Assembly: GCF_004010195.1 (NCBI RefSeq)
Contig: NC_057718.1
Location: 39,103,143-39,165,142 of the forward strand
DNA from: Chiloscyllium plagiosum
Lineage: Eukaryota
Length of the DNA: 62,000 nt
Direction of reading: 5' to 3'
In this document: piece by piece, positions 1 to 12,352 of the stretch
Layout of the letters: every line of letters begins with the position of its first letter
Position numbering within the stretch: position 1 is the stretch's first letter
Notes under the pieces: model-generated
The model's database searches: none
What the model was told of the DNA's origin: nothing
What the model saw: only the letters and a program-made list of their open reading frames with translations
Made by a program: the position numbers and the translations under genes

Positions 1-574
1 AATGATATTAGATGACAGATTTTTCTCACCTATCACTGAATATTACAGACCAATTAGTCTGCCAGGGTTTAGGAAAGGAAGAGCAACTGTAGGCAACAAG
101 ACACTGCAGTTTACCCGTTTACATCTGGGAGCTCGCTGTCAGATTTGAAATATCACATTCATGCAGAGTTAAAATGAGGCTTAAAGATTTGTCTAGCTTT
201 AGCTAACGAGAGAAATCTCCAGGAAAACTTGAACTGTGAGAGACACTTCACAGTTAGAAATTATAAAATTGTGAAAGGAAAAGAATAAAAGTAAATTCTC
301 CGGAACAAAGTATCATTTTGGACTGAGTTTGGGAGAATTGAATATCTACTTAAAGGACAGTGTAAAGTATACCTACAAAGTGTGTTTTTCCAGTTGTGTT
401 AAAAATTCTCTTCTGCAGCTTATCACATTGGTTGCCTTCAAAAATAGTGATTATTCAATAGTTGCTTTAGTTTGTCCCAAAAACATCTTAAAACATGAAA
501 CGGTGTGTCATGAACCTGGGACATTCAAATATAGTTTTAAAAAGTTATTGGTCTGTATAGGGATCATGCCACTT

Positions 575-691
575 GGCCCTAAAGTTTGGCATTTCTTTCC
601 TAGATCTCTTGCTTCTCTTGTCCTTTAAACCTACTTCTTTGACCAAGGTTTTCGTCACCTGTTCTAGTATCTTGTTAAGTAGCTCGATGTC
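575..691 (+). repeat. Old L2-type 3' tail remnant, the host site of the L1 insertion (continues at ~6200-6265)
   Basis: AAACCTACTTCTTTGACCAAGGTTTTCGTCACCTG...GCTCGATGTC resumes after the L1 as ATATTTAATTTGATCATGCTCCTGTGAAGTGCCATGGGATGTTTTAC. It resembles the L2 tail at ~15450-15620. Confidence 0.6.
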
Positions 692-704
692 GGGGGAGGG
701 ATCT

Positions 705-714
705 AAGATGGCGG
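705..714 (+). promoter_or_regulatory. YY1-like motif of the L1 internal promoter
   Basis: AAGATGGCGG at about +14 of the element. Matches the YY1 consensus and the position of the YY1 site in mammalian L1. Confidence 0.6.
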
Positions 715-878
715 CGATCTGAGAAGATCACACTGCAGAGCTTCATATCGCAGCAGGAGCAGGACGGTCCTTTAACCACCCAACCCAGGTCATCAGGATT
801 TCTTGGGGCGTTGGAAAGATTGTGGAGCCCCAAGAAAAATTTAAAAATTGACTTACCTGTATTTTCAGCTGTCCAGAA

Positions 879-1680
879 ATGCCTAAAAAGGGAGGAGGAG
901 CATCTGAGGCCGGGCCTGCAGCTCAGCCTGCAGCAGCCTCGGAGCCAATTACTCTCCAGAACCTGGTAAACCAGCTCTCGAAATCTCGCGAGATGTTGGG
1001 GAAACAGATTGAAGAGAAGCTGGCTCCAGTCTTTCTCATGCTGCAGAAGCATGAGCAGCAGCTGGGAGACCTAGAGAAGAGGTGGAGCACAGGGTCACAG
1101 TGGTGGAAGCTGATACCAGTTCATTCAAGGAAGAGATCCAAGCCCTGAAGATACAGTTCGTAATTTGCGTGACCAAGTGGATGATCTTGAAAACAGTGGC
1201 AGGAGAAAAAACATTCGGATCATTCGTCTGCCCGAGGGTAAGGAAGGTGAGCGGCCTGCGGGATTTGTTGAAGATTGGCTTCCGAAATTCCTTGACTTGG
1301 AGACTGACATGAGAGGATTGAAGATAGCCAGGGCTCACCAGGTTGCAGCGTGGAGGTCGGGTCTGGGTCAAAGCCCTCGTCCTTTCCTGGTGCAGTTCCA
1401 TCATTACCAGGATAAGGAGAGAGTCATGGGAGGCTTCCAGACTTCAGGGGAAGGATCCAAAGGTCCTAATTTACGAGGGGTCTAAGATCATGTTTTTTCA
1501 GGACTTTTCAGCGGCGGTGATCCAGAAACGAAAATCGTATGGTGGTGTCAAGAGAAGATTGAAGGAGCTTGGGATTCAGTACTCCCTGAGATATCCGGCA
1601 GTGCTTCGGATCACCTTAGGTGGATCCATGCATCTCTTTGACACATCGGAGAAGGCAAGAGACTTTCAAAGGATGGGTGG
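879..1680 (+). pseudogene. L1 ORF1p (coiled coil plus RRM, Transposase_22-like), frameshifted
   Basis: Overlapping ORFs 879, 1082, 1165 and 1343 carry DDLENSGRRKNIRIIRLPEG, PRPFLVQFHHYQDKE and IMFFQDFS...YSLRYPAVLRI. Confidence 0.9.
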
Positions 1681-2080
1681 GGTATTTATTCCCTTTTTTT
1701 TAATGAAAGAATTTTTTTTATTAATATTAATATTCTATGGGGTGTTTATTCTTTTTAGCTTGTGCTTGTGATGCGGCTCTAGCTGGGAGAAGTGAAGGTG
1801 GTTGAGATGGTTAGATGCCTATTTATGGGCAGTTTGGGATGGGTAGTTGCCCCCTCTGGGCAGGGGATGAGTTCCCCTACTCAGCGCTATTGGCGCTTTA
1901 TATGGTGGTTTGTTTTCTGGTTTTTGTTGTGTTTTATTTTTAATAATTTTGTATGTTTGTTAAATGTAGTGGTTTTAGTTTATGTAGTTTTTATATTTGG
2001 TGGACCATGCGACACTAAGGCTCAACAGTTTGTGGTTCGGGTTCCTCCTCTCTGGAATTTAAATGTAATTGCAGAAGATT

Positions 2081-5000
2081 ATGGCTAATGATTTGATTAA
2101 ATGGTGTACCTGGAACATCAAGGGAAGTCACTCACCAATTAAGAGGAAGAAGGTACTCTTGAGTCTTAGAAAGGAGAAGGTGGATATTGCTTTGTTACAG
2201 GAGACACATTTGGATGACAAGGAGCATTTAAAATTACAGCAGAATGGCTTTGACCGAGTTTATTTTTCATCATTTAGTACCAGAAGTAGGGGAGTGGCTA
2301 TATTGGTAAGGAAAAATCTCTCATTTAAATTGTTGGAATGTGTTAAAGACACAAACGGGAGTTTTGTAATTCTTAAAGCCTTGATAAATGGGGAAGAATA
2401 TGGCATTTTAGATGTTTATTGTCCCCCAGCTCATCCTCTTAAATTCTTGGTAGATGCTTTTTCTAAACTGATAAGTCTCAAGTCTCGGCACATCATTATA
2501 GGGGAAGATTTTAACTGCCTCATGGACCCCACAGTAGACAGGTTGCCTAAAGGTCTCTCAATACCCTCTGCACAAACTAAACAGTTATTGGGTCTGCGTG
2601 GGGAATTTGGGTTAGTGGACGTCTGGAGGTGTCTCCACCCTACAGGTAGGGATTTCACGTTTTTCTCCAATCCGCATAGATGTCACACGAGGATTGATTT
2701 TTTTCTGACCCCTGCGGTAATCCTGGATCTGGTGGCATCCTGTACGATTGGTAATATTGCCATCTCTGATCATGCTCCAGTGTACCTCATGGTTAAAATT
2801 AAGGATGTTACAGTGGATTCAAGGTACTGGCGAATGGACCCCTTTATTCTCATGGACAGCAGGTTTGTGGAGTATTTCTCTAGGGAATTTTGGGCATTCC
2901 TAGACATCGGCAGAGGCTCGGTTGATAGCTCATCTGTTCTCTGGGAAACATGTCAAAGCTTATGCCAGAGGGTTAGTTATTTCATATTCCGCAAGTAGGA
3001 AGCGGCAGAAGGGTGGGCAGCAACGTCTCCTTGAAGCACGGTTGAAGGCAGCCGAGAAGGCCTATTTTGACAGACCCTCATTGGTCAAACTACAGATGAT
3101 TACGGCACTGCGGTCTACACTAAATTCCGTGCTCACGCAGACAGCAAAGAAGGAGCTGGCTTTTGCAAAGCAAAGATTATACGAGCATGGTGACAAGCCA
3201 GGCAAATACTTAGCATACCTTGCCAGAAAGAGAAGTGCCCCACAAACCATTACAGCGATTAGGGAAGGCTCTGGGAACCTAACATGTAATTCTAAAAAGA
3301 CTAATGTGGCATTCCAGAGATTCTACTCTAAGTTATGTCAGTCTGAGAAATGTGAGGAGGGGCAGGCCAAAATGGTATCCTCTTTTAGAGATCTGAAGCT
3401 CCCAGGTGTGACTCCCGAACAACGGTCCTTTCTCAATGCCCCATTATCAGAGCAAGAAGTGCAGGAAGCTGTGAGGCAGCTTCAGAGTGGAATGGCGCCC
3501 GGTCCTGATGGACTTCCCAGTGAATTCTATAAGGAATTTATAAGTATACTGTCAGGCCCGATGCTGAATATGTTTAATGATTCATACAGTCATGTTTGTT
3601 TCCCATCATCTGAGAGAGGCCAATATTTCACTTATCCTTAAAAATGGGAAGGATCTGGAAGACTGTGCTTCATACAGGCCCATCTCGCTCTTAAATGTGT
3701 ACTTTAAGATCCTCTCTAAGGCACGTGCATTAAGGCTGGAGACTGTGTTACCCTCTATTATTAAAGAGGATCAGACAGGCTTCATAAAGGGTCGCAGATC
3801 CTACAATAACATTAGGAGGCTGCTTAACGAATTCAAGCATGCCAACAGCAGTCAATACAGGGATTGGTGATTTCTTTAGATGCAGAGAAGGCATTTGACC
3901 GAGTTGAGTGGCCGTACCTTTTCTATACTCTAGACCGGTTTGGTCTGGGCGAAGTTTTCATAAGATGGCTAAAGATGGGCTACAGTGTACCTCTCGCTGC
4001 GGTCACTACCAACGGGGTACGATTAAGCAACTTTAATATTTCTAGGGGCAACCGGCAGGGCTGTCCCCTTTCACCATTACTTTTTACGTTGGTGATTGAA
4101 CTGTTGGCAGAGGCCATTCGTGGGGATCTCAAAATATCAGCTCCAGAAGTGGGGTCAAAATTACATAAGATCTCGCTGTATGCAGATGATGTTCTAATTT
4201 TCTTGACAAATCCAGCAGTCTCAGTGCCTTGCCTGATACAATGCAATCAGGGTATAAGATTAATTTTGCTAAATTAGAGGCTATGCCTATGGGTGGTCTT
4301 AGGAAAGAGTTTACCCTTGAGAGTGACTATAGATTCCCATTTAGGTGGTCAAGGGGGGTTTTGTGTATTTGGGCATATTCATTACTCCAGTTCTGGATTG
4401 GCTGTTCAAAACCAATTTTACTCAATTATTTGAAAAAAATTAAACAAGATCTCCAAAGATGGGAGGCACTTCCAGTCTCATGGTTGGGTCAAATAGCACT
4501 TATTAAGATGAATATTCTCCCTCGTTTGCTCTACCCTATACGGATGCTCCCCCTGATTTTCAATAAACAAACACTCAGGAGACTGAACAGTTGGTTCAGC
4601 TCCTTTATCTGGCACCGTAAATGGACCCTCATTAAATTAGTCAAACGGCAGTTGCCTCACAGATTGGGGGGAGTAGACCTTCCGGACATTAAAGATTACC
4701 AATTAAGTTCGCTTTTGACCTACATAAGTGACTGGGTTTGTGGGGATTCTCTTTCAATATGGCTAAATATCGAAGTTTCCCAGGCAAGGTGCCCCTTACC
4801 AGTTTGCTGTTTTTGGACAAAGTGAGGACAGTTAGGGAATATTGCCATAACCCAATCGTCATCAATACTGTTAAAGCATGGAGGGCAATTCGGCAGAGGG
4901 AAGGTAATATTGGCAAAACATCTTTGTTTACACCTTTAGTGGGTATGCCGAGTTTTCAACCAGGTATGATAGATTCAGGATTTAAACGTTGGGCAGCTAG

Positions 5001-5867
5001 GGGTATATCTTGCATGGGTGATTTATTTGAGGAAGATATAATGATGTCCTTCGATCAGTTAGTACGGAAGTACGAGTTACCTAATAGAGACCTCTTTCGT
5101 TTTTTTTCAAGTTAGGGACTTTATTCAAAAAAAGACCACACTTTTGACTGATCTCTATAAATCTTGCATAGAAAGAGGGGTACTAAGGGCTAAGCGTACA
5201 CTCTCTGTCAGTACTCTATATCACCAATTGGGGGGTGCCACCTCAGATGAGTCTGATCGACTCTGCAAGATGTGGGAAGGAGAGCTGGGTGTTAAAGTTT
5301 CTTCAGAGGCATGGGAGGATATTTGGGAGAATGCAAGGAAGATAGAAATTTGCAATAGGACCCATGCTTTACAGTTGAAGATTCTTCACAGGGTCCACTT
5401 AGCCCCAGACCGTTTGTCAAAATTTAAACCAGGGATATCTTCAGCATGTCCTTAAGTGCAAGGTCTGTACGGGTACTCTTACCCATTGTCTTTGGTCTTG
5501 TGACAGGCTTCAAACATATTGGAGCGCTGTGGTGGGTGCAATGGAGAGGATTTTAGGTGTAAGGGTGAAGAAGGACCCTATTTCGCTCCTTTTGGGCCTA
5601 CCCATTGTATTTCCTGCAGACTCGTATAAGGAAAAACTTTTCAATATTCTTACATTCTGTGCAAGGAAGAATATCTTGCTAGGTTGGATATCAGAAAACC
5701 CTCCAGGCCTGTCGGGTTGGCGGAAGATTGTTATGGAGCATATTCCCCTAGATTTTCTCCCAAATATGGTACACCACAAAACTGAGAATTTTTACAAGAC
5801 ATGGCAACCCTTTTTGAAATACCTGGACACAGATTTATCTGCCACACTAACAAGGGTTTTTATATAG
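2081..5867 (+). pseudogene. L1 ORF2p (APE endonuclease, reverse transcriptase, Cys-rich domain), multiply frameshifted
   Basis: WNIKG, LQETH, GEDFN, TRIDFF and SDH endonuclease motifs. PGPDG, YRPISLLN, DAEKAFD, QGCPLSP and YADD (4179-4190) RT motifs. C-x-C...HCLWSC remnant near 5446-5502. Stop at 5865-5867. Confidence 0.95.
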
Positions 5868-6334
5868 CCGTAACGATTGTGTTTCATGAGTCCAATATCC
5901 AGGGAGGTGGACCTGTGAATGTATAAGTGTTTTGTTTGGCTGGGCTGAGTTATTACTATTTATTTGTTTGTTGTTAGGTATTTATTTAGTTAGTTAAATA
6001 GTTAGTTTAGGTTTTTTTTAAATTTTATACTTCTCTATATATGTTTATACATTCATATAGGAGGGTAGGTTAGGGAATTTTTTTATTATTTGGGTTTAGT
6101 TTTGTACTGTTTTGAATTGCATTGTTTTGTATTTGTAATATTTAAAAATCTATTTTTTCTTAATAAAAATATATTATTAAAAAAAAGTAGCTCGATGTCA
6201 TATTTAATTTGATCATGCTCCTGTGAAGTGCCATGGGATGTTTTACTGCATTAATTGTAATTGTTCCCACACAACAAGCACTCAGTGGCATTTGACTGGC
6301 TTCTGGTGCCCTAGCTATGTATCTCAAAGTAAAA

Positions 6335-6648
6335 TTAGATTACTGACAGTGTGGAAACAGGCCCTTCGGCCCAACAAGTCCACACCGACCTTCCGAAAAG
6401 CAACCCACCCAGACCCATTCCCCTGCATTTACCCCTTCACCTAACACTATGGGCAATTTAGCATGGCCAGTTCACCTAACCTGCACATCTTTGGACTGTG
6501 GGAGGAAACCAGAGCACCCGGAGGAAACCCACGCAGATACGGGGAGAATGTGCAAACTCCACACAGACAGTTGCCTGAGGTGGGAATTGAACCTGGGTCT
6601 CTGGCGCTGTGAGGCAGCAGTGCTAACCACTGTGCTACCGTGCCACCC
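6335..6648 (-). mobile_element. HE1-type tRNA-derived SINE, full length
   Basis: Minus strand reads GGGTGGCACGGTAGCACAGTGGTTAGCACTGCTGCCTCACAGCGCCAGAGACCCAGGTTCAATTCC (A and B boxes), then a V-SINE-like core and a CR1-like tail ending TAATCTAA. Confidence 0.9.
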
Positions 6649-7660
6649 ACAACATAAGTTCCAACTGTGCAAACATATATGTATCATTTCTGTAGCTCTG
6701 ATTTCATATACAAGTGGTATTATTCACTGTTTGGTTTATACGTTTTTGATGACACCTCTACTTTGGCTCTTATTGCATTGATGACTTATCCACTTACGTA
6801 ATTTTGAAATTCTGATTTTTTTTCTGCAATTATTCAGAGGATGTGGGCATTGTTAGCTCTACCAGTATTTATTGCCCATCCCTAGTTGCCCTGCAGGAGG
6901 TGGTGGTGGTGAACTGCCCTCTTGAACTGCTATAGCCTTTTCAGTGTAGGTGCACCCTCAGTGCTAACAGTGAGGGCAGTTGGAGGATGTTGATCGAGTG
7001 ACAGTGAAGGAAAAGATAATTTATTTCAAGTCAGGATGGTGAGTAGCTTGGCAGAGGACTTGCAGATGATGTTTCCATCTGTCTGCTGTCCTTGTCATAA
7101 ATAGTGGTGGTCATGTATCTGAAAGGTGCTGTCTAACCAAGTCTAAATGAGTTTCTTCAATATACCTTGTAGATTACGCACACTGCTGGTACTGTGCATT
7201 AGTAGTAGAGGGAGTGAATGTTTATGAATGGGTGTGTGTGTGTGTGTCAGTCAAGCAGGTTGCTTTGTCCTGGATGGTGTCAATCTTCAGATTGTTTTAT
7301 CAGAGTTCCACTCACCCAGGCAAGTGGGGAATATTCCATCATACTCCTGACTTGTGCCTTATAGATAGTTGTCAGAGTTTGGGAGTCAGGAAAATGACCT
7401 AGCTTCTGACCTATTCTTGTAGCTACTGTATTTATATGGCTAGTCCAGTACAGTTTCTAGGCAGTGGTAACCCCTAGGCTGATGATAGTGGTGCATTCAG
7501 CAGTGGTGATGCCATTGAAAGTCAAAGGATGATAGTTATATTTTCTATTTTGGAGATCGTCACTGCGTGGCACTGTGAAACAGAAATGTTACTTGTCAGC
7601 CCAAAACTGGATATTGTCCAGGTCATGCTACATTTGGACAGAGACCGCTTCAGTATCTTA

Positions 7661-7793
7661 AAACCAAAATAACTGCAGATGCTGCAAATCAGAAACAAAA
7701 GTGGATGTTGCTGGAAAAGCTCAGCAGGTCTGGCAGCACTTGTGAAGAGAAATCAAAGTTAACATTTTGCATCCAGTGACCATTCCTCAGAAC
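7661..7793 (-). mobile_element. Penelope-derived tail with a degenerate hammerhead motif (third variant)
   Basis: Minus strand GTTCTGAGGAATGGTCACTGGATGCAAAATGTTAAC...CCAGACCTGCTGAGCTTTTCCAGCA...GCAGCATCTGCAG. Confidence 0.65.
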
Positions 7794-8401
7794 ACGTTAT
7801 ACTTAGTCAAATGCACTCTTGATGTTCAGGGCCTTTCCTCTGGAATTCAGTTCTTTTGTTCATTTTTGGACTAAGGCTGTAATAAAGCCAGGAGCTGAGG
7901 GGCCTTGGCAGAATCCAAACTGGGCATTTATTGCTAAGCAAGTATTGTTTAATAGCACTCTGGATGACATTCCATCACTTTACTGAGGATTAAGATTAGC
8001 TGGTTGGGACTGTAGTTGGCTGTCGTGGATTTTCCTTTTCATTGTATAGGACATATCTAGGCAATTTTCCACACTCTCGGGTAGATGTTAATGCTGCCCT
8101 TGTATTGGAAGAGCTTTGCAAGGAGCGCAGCAGATTCTCGAGCACAAATCTTCAGTATTGTTGACAGAATACATCAGGGCCCATAGTCTTTCCAGTATTT
8201 ATTGCCATCAGCCATTTTTTGTTATCATGTAAATTGAGTGAAATTGGCTAAAGACTGGCATTTATGAGGCTGAAATGGATTGTCCACTTGACACATCTGA
8301 CTTAAGTCTGTTGCAAAATGCTTAAGCCCAGCCTTTTGCATTGATGTGGTGGGCTCCTTATCATGGAGGATGGGCATATTTGTGAAGTCTGCTCCTGTCT
8401 T

Positions 8402-8484
8402 GAAAGCGGTGCTCCAAAAGCTAGTGTGCTTCCAATTAAACCTGTTGGACTATAACCTGGTGTTGTGTAATTTTTAACTTTGTC
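8402..8484 (+). mobile_element. Penelope family-2 tail fragment with a 10-bp TSD
   Basis: GCTCCAAAAGCTAGTG...CCTGTTGGACTATAACCTGGTGTTGTG, flanked by CTCCTGTCTT at 8392-8401 and 8485-8494. Confidence 0.75.
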
Positions 8485-8643
8485 CTCCTGTCTTAATAGT
8501 TTAATTCTCCACTACCATTCACAATTGGACGGTAGGACTGCAGAGCTTAAATCTAATTTGTTGACATGAGATTGCATCGTCCTGTCTATCACATGATGCT
8601 TCCAATATTTGGCATGAAGTAGTCCTTTTTTTTAGCTTTCCCT

Positions 8644-8801
8644 GGTGGCATGGTGGCTCAGTGGTTAGCACTGCTGCACCTCAGCGCCAGGGACCTGGGT
8701 TCAATTCCAGCCCGTGTCTGTGATGGTTTCTTCCAGGTGCTCTGGTTTCCTCCCACAGTCCAAAGATGTGCAGGTCAGGTGGATTGGTCATGCTAAACTG
8801 C
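8644..8801 (+). mobile_element. HE1-type SINE, 5' half with an internal deletion
   Basis: GGTGGCATGGTGGCTCAGTGGTTAGCACTGCTG...GGGTTCAATTCC...CCACAGTCCAAAGATGTGCAGG. Confidence 0.85.
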
Positions 8802-9589
8802 TGATCTTAAATGCAGCTATTGTGTAGTGAAAATTGTTGAGATAAAGTAAATTTGTCATTGGATTAATTCGTGAATCTTAAAATAGCCCTATAGACGAAC
8901 GTATAAAGCTGAAGTGTGGCCATGAAATTATACCACTAAAGCTAGTTTGAATCGGCTTGCAGTTTTAACATGGCAGACAAAGTACCTTGATGATAAGTGT
9001 TTGAAGTTAATTTTCCACTTTGTTATATAAATCTAGCTTATGATCTAATTAATAACTCTAATGAGCAACTCAATGTATGAGTATACCTAGCATATAAAGT
9101 ACATGGTTCACAGTTGTGACGCACAGTATGATTGGACTTATTTGGACTAATTAATTTAGAACAGATGAGTCCTTGTAGTAATTTCTCAGTTTTTAATCTG
9201 ATTAGTTGAGTTCATTCTTTAAAAAAACCCATTATTTATACTATTAAAAGTAAATGACCACAGCCTGTACCCATCTCTGTAAAAATAAAATTCCTAATCA
9301 AATTTCAGAGTTTCCGTGCTAGAGTAAGAAATCCTGTCTCTAGGATTATGTATCTTAATAAATAAATACAACCATTGAACTGCTCCTAAAAGAGACCTTC
9401 TTTTCTCTTTAACACAGAAGTTCATGTAGAATTCAGAATTGATAATAATCTATCTCAAAGTAACAAAGGATCATCGTTCATGCAGGTCTTCCAGATGCAT
9501 CCTTATTTCTTGAATGCTGATTCACAGTTCAGTTGTTGCATTGATTTAAATTGAGCGTATATGTGCAAGTTTATTTATCATAGTTGATT

Positions 9590-9956
9590 TTTTTTTTAAA
9601 TTCACTCTTGGGGAATGGGTGTTGCTGGCTAGGCCAGCATTTATTATCCAGACCTAATTGCCAAGAGAGTAGTTAAGCATCAAGCACATTACTTTGGGTT
9701 TGGAGTCATAAGTAGGCTAGATCAGGTGCAGATGGCAGATTTCCTTCCGTAAGGGACATGAGGGAACCAGATGGATTTTTCCTTATGGCAATCAGCAATG
9801 GTTACATGGTTACCATGATGCTGTGTTTAATTCCAGATTTCTATTGAATTCAAATTTCACTATCTGCTTTGATGGCATTTGAATCCAGGTCCTCAGAACA
9901 CTAGTCTGCGTTTCCTGACTACTAGTGCCATGACATTACCACTACACCACTGCCTC
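9590..9956 (-). mobile_element. tRNA-headed SINE sharing its tail with the LINE at 6815
   Basis: Minus-strand head GAGGCAGTGGTGTAGTGGTAATGTC...GGATTCAAATGCC and an A-rich tail. Homologous to 26925-27255 (+) and 53470-53850 (-). Confidence 0.75.
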
Positions 9957-10169
9957 TATGTTTTATTGGTTCAGTACTGGTACTTCTGTAAGAATTGATC
10001 CAGGGTCATAGATCAGTAAAAGGAGTCAAGGAGTCACAAGCAATTTATTGAGGAATGATAAGTAATAATTCACCTGAAAAATACCATCAGAATAAGTGCA
10101 TATATGACCTGTAGCAGCTGAGGACGATTTACCAGTCTCAGATTAAATAGATGAATGAGGCTTAGAAAG

Positions 10170-10620
10170 CAACATGACAAATGGGAGCAGGCACAGACTA
10201 AATGAGCCACTGAGCCGGCTATGCCATTTGGACAACTGTGACTGATCTTCACAGCTTGATTTTCCCACCTTCTCTCTATCCCTTGAGCATCCAAGAGTCC
10301 ATCTGTTTTATCTTAAATATATTCAGTGTATTAAATATATTCAATGATGGAGCAGCCACAATTATCTGGGTTTGAAAATTCAAAGATTCCACAGCACTTT
10401 GAGTAAAGACGTTTCTCCTCATCTCTCTCATAAATTGCTGGCTTTTTATCCTCAGACTGTGTCCCTGTAATCTAAATTCTTCAGCCAGGGGAAACAACAT
10501 CTCTCTGTTCATCCTGTCAACTCACTTCAAAATCTTATGTAAATCAATGAGATCAGCTCTCATTCTTCTGAACTCCAGAAAGCATAGCCCAATTTAATCA
10601 GCCTCTCAACAGAGGACAAC
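10170..10620 (-). mobile_element. CR1 LINE 3' fragment
   Basis: Translation includes LFPLAEEFRLQGHSLRIK...EMRRNVFTQ, typical of the CR1 ORF2 C-terminus. Confidence 0.8.
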
Positions 10621-10769
10621 TACAGACTGATCTCTGTAGCTTGTGGTAACAATACTTTCTTCTTCAATTCCCTCTTGACCTAGATGGAGGTATTACACTG
10701 GAGACAGCAAAGATTCACCTTAGTCGTTTAAACTGACCAAGACATTTGACATGAATTGGTTCCAATGTG

Positions 10770-11660
10770 GCGGCAGGGTTGCATGCCGGCTTTTGTCCGG
10801 GGCTTGTCTGCTCCCATCTACTTTCTTCCTTCTTTTCTTTTTACTTCTGCTCTTTTTCCTCCTTTTTTCTTTCTTTTTTGTTTTCTTTGGCAGTTTAGTC
10901 AGCGAGAGTAGACCATGTACAGAGTCATGGCAGCCTACCGGTGGTCGGAGGCTTCAGTGGCACCTCCTGGCAGTTGGAGGCAGCGACAGCAAGGGTGTCC
11001 GCATTCAGGGGATTGTGGAGGGGAAATGACAGCAGTGACAAAGCTCCTTCAGTGATCGGCAGCGGAGAGTTCAAGATGGCAGAGTCAGCAAGGTTAACAT
11101 CTCTGAGGAGGGCAGCTGGAGCATGACTTGGCATGGTTGTGGCCTGGCCTGGTAGTAGAGTCAAGGACTACTGGCAGAGGGGAGTCCTGGCATTGGCACA
11201 GCAGCAGCAGCGTGGCATGCCTGGAGTGGGTCTCCTGGTATCATTGCGGTGGCAGCAGAGCTAGGGACTCCTGGTTGCATTTGATGTAGGCCCAAAAGGG
11301 GACTGCTGGTTATTGGTGAGTTGTTGGTGGTAGTAGAGCTGGGGATGTGTGGTTGCAGGGTGAAAATTGGGTTTGGATGGGACTCAGCAGCAACAACGAA
11401 GAGATGGTGCCTAAAGAGTGGCGACTGTTACGTTGTGTCCTGTGCAGACAGCAGTGAGGTGGTGGGAGAAGGCTGGCAGCACAGGTGTCACTGGTGAGCA
11501 GGCTCAGAACTCAGGGCTTAGAATGGAGACAGTGGAACAAAGATAGACTGTCTTTTAGTTATATCTTTTTACTCTTTTTTTAAACTATTCAAAATGGCGC
11601 CAGGCTGTGGTAACAGTTGAAGCTTCTCACTGGATTACTCACTATAAAAATACAATGATC
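10770..11660 (+). repeat. GC-richer unclassified interspersed repeat, possibly a non-autonomous Rex-like element
   Basis: Compositional block with a CT-rich tract, GGCAGC-rich body and AAAATGGCGCC...CTTCTCACTG end that loosely resembles the Rex tail at 36010-36060. Confidence 0.35.
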
Positions 11661-11705
11661 CAATGTGATCTTTTCCACCTCAGCTGCTTAGTCATAAAAG
11701 TCAAC

Positions 11706-11860
11706 GGTAGACAAGCAGGAGGCTGGAAGACACCCTTCTTCAGGGTTACACCCGAAATGTCGATTTCTCCACCACCTGATGCAGCCTGCCTTGCTGTGTT
11801 CTTCCAGGCTTCTGCTTGTCTACCTTAGATTCCAGCATCTGCAGTTTTTTTTTGTCTCTA
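11706..11860 (+). mobile_element. Penelope-derived tail with an inverted 5' segment
   Basis: GGTAGACAAGCAGGAGGCTGGAAGA is a near reverse complement of the downstream TCTTCCAGGCTTCTGCTTGTCTACC. The hammerhead is split: CACCCTTCTTCAG (inverted CTGAAGAAGGGTG) then GGTTACACCCGAAATGTCGA. Confidence 0.75.
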
Positions 11861-12157
11861 ATCATAGAGGTCTACAGCATGGAAACAGGCCCTTTGACCC
11901 AACCTGTGCATGCCACCCTGTTTTCACAATTAAACTGGTCCCATATGCCGGCGTTAGGCCCATTTCCCTCCATGCCTATCCCATCCATGTACCTGTCTAA
12001 ATGTTTCCTAATGACAAAATTGTACTTGCTTTCACCACTACCTCTGGTGGAAGCCCATTCCAGACACTCACCACCCTCTATGTGAAAAGATTGTTCCTTT
12101 GGACCCTTTGTATCTCTCCCCTCTCACCTTAAACCTATGCTGTCTAGTTTTAGACTT

Positions 12158-12352
12158 GAGGAGAAAGTGAGGTCTGCAGATGCTGGAGATCAGAGATGGA
12201 AATTCTGTGTCAGAGATTTAATAGCAGTATTGTCTATGGGACTGTATGATTAACTTGCAGTCCTGAAGAAGGGCTAATGCCCGAAACGTCGATTCTCCTG
12301 TTCCCTAGATGCTGCCTGACCTGCTGCGCTTTTCCAGCAACACATTTCCATC
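12158..12352. mobile_element. Split and inverted PLE-derived mini-element with a 15-bp TSD
   Basis: TSD TCTAGTTTTAGACTT at 12143-12157 and 12353-12367. Inverted 3' terminus (12158-12203), ~55-bp filler, then the forward hammerhead-containing part. Confidence 0.85.
12259..12294 (+). ncRNA. Minimal type I hammerhead ribozyme motif, intact core
   Basis: AGTC-CTGAAGA-A-GGGC-TAAT-GCCC-GAAA-C-GTC/GATT. Conserved CUGANGA and GAAA boxes, 4-bp stem II, GUC cleavage triplet, and stem I AGUC/GAUU. Confidence 0.75.

Larger units (their letters stand above)
692..6184 (+). mobile_element. Full-length L1-clade LINE (~5.5 kb), inactivated by frameshifts
   Basis: 15-bp TSD AAGTAGCTCGATGTC at 677-691 and 6185-6199, with a TT/AAGT target. 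G-rich start followed by AAGATGGCGG. ORF1 and ORF2 remnants, T-rich inter-ORF and 3' UTR, AATAAA at 6162-6167 and a short poly(A). Confidence 0.96.
6815..8640 (-). mobile_element. Degenerate non-LTR retrotransposon 3' portion, interrupted by two PLE tails
   Basis: Its tail (ATTTATTGCCCATCCCTAGTTGCCC on +) recurs at ~30100-30740 and on SINEs at 9590, 26925 and 53470. No intact ORF. Confidence 0.6.

Noticed and set aside
851..859. U1 snRNA fragment (ACTTACCTG)
   Set aside because: Only 9 nt match and no U1 body follows. It is better read as an antisense splice donor.
6570..6648. tRNA genes at SINE heads (also 8644, 9900, 43250, 43994)
   Set aside because: A and B boxes run directly into SINE bodies, with no complete cloverleaf or terminator.
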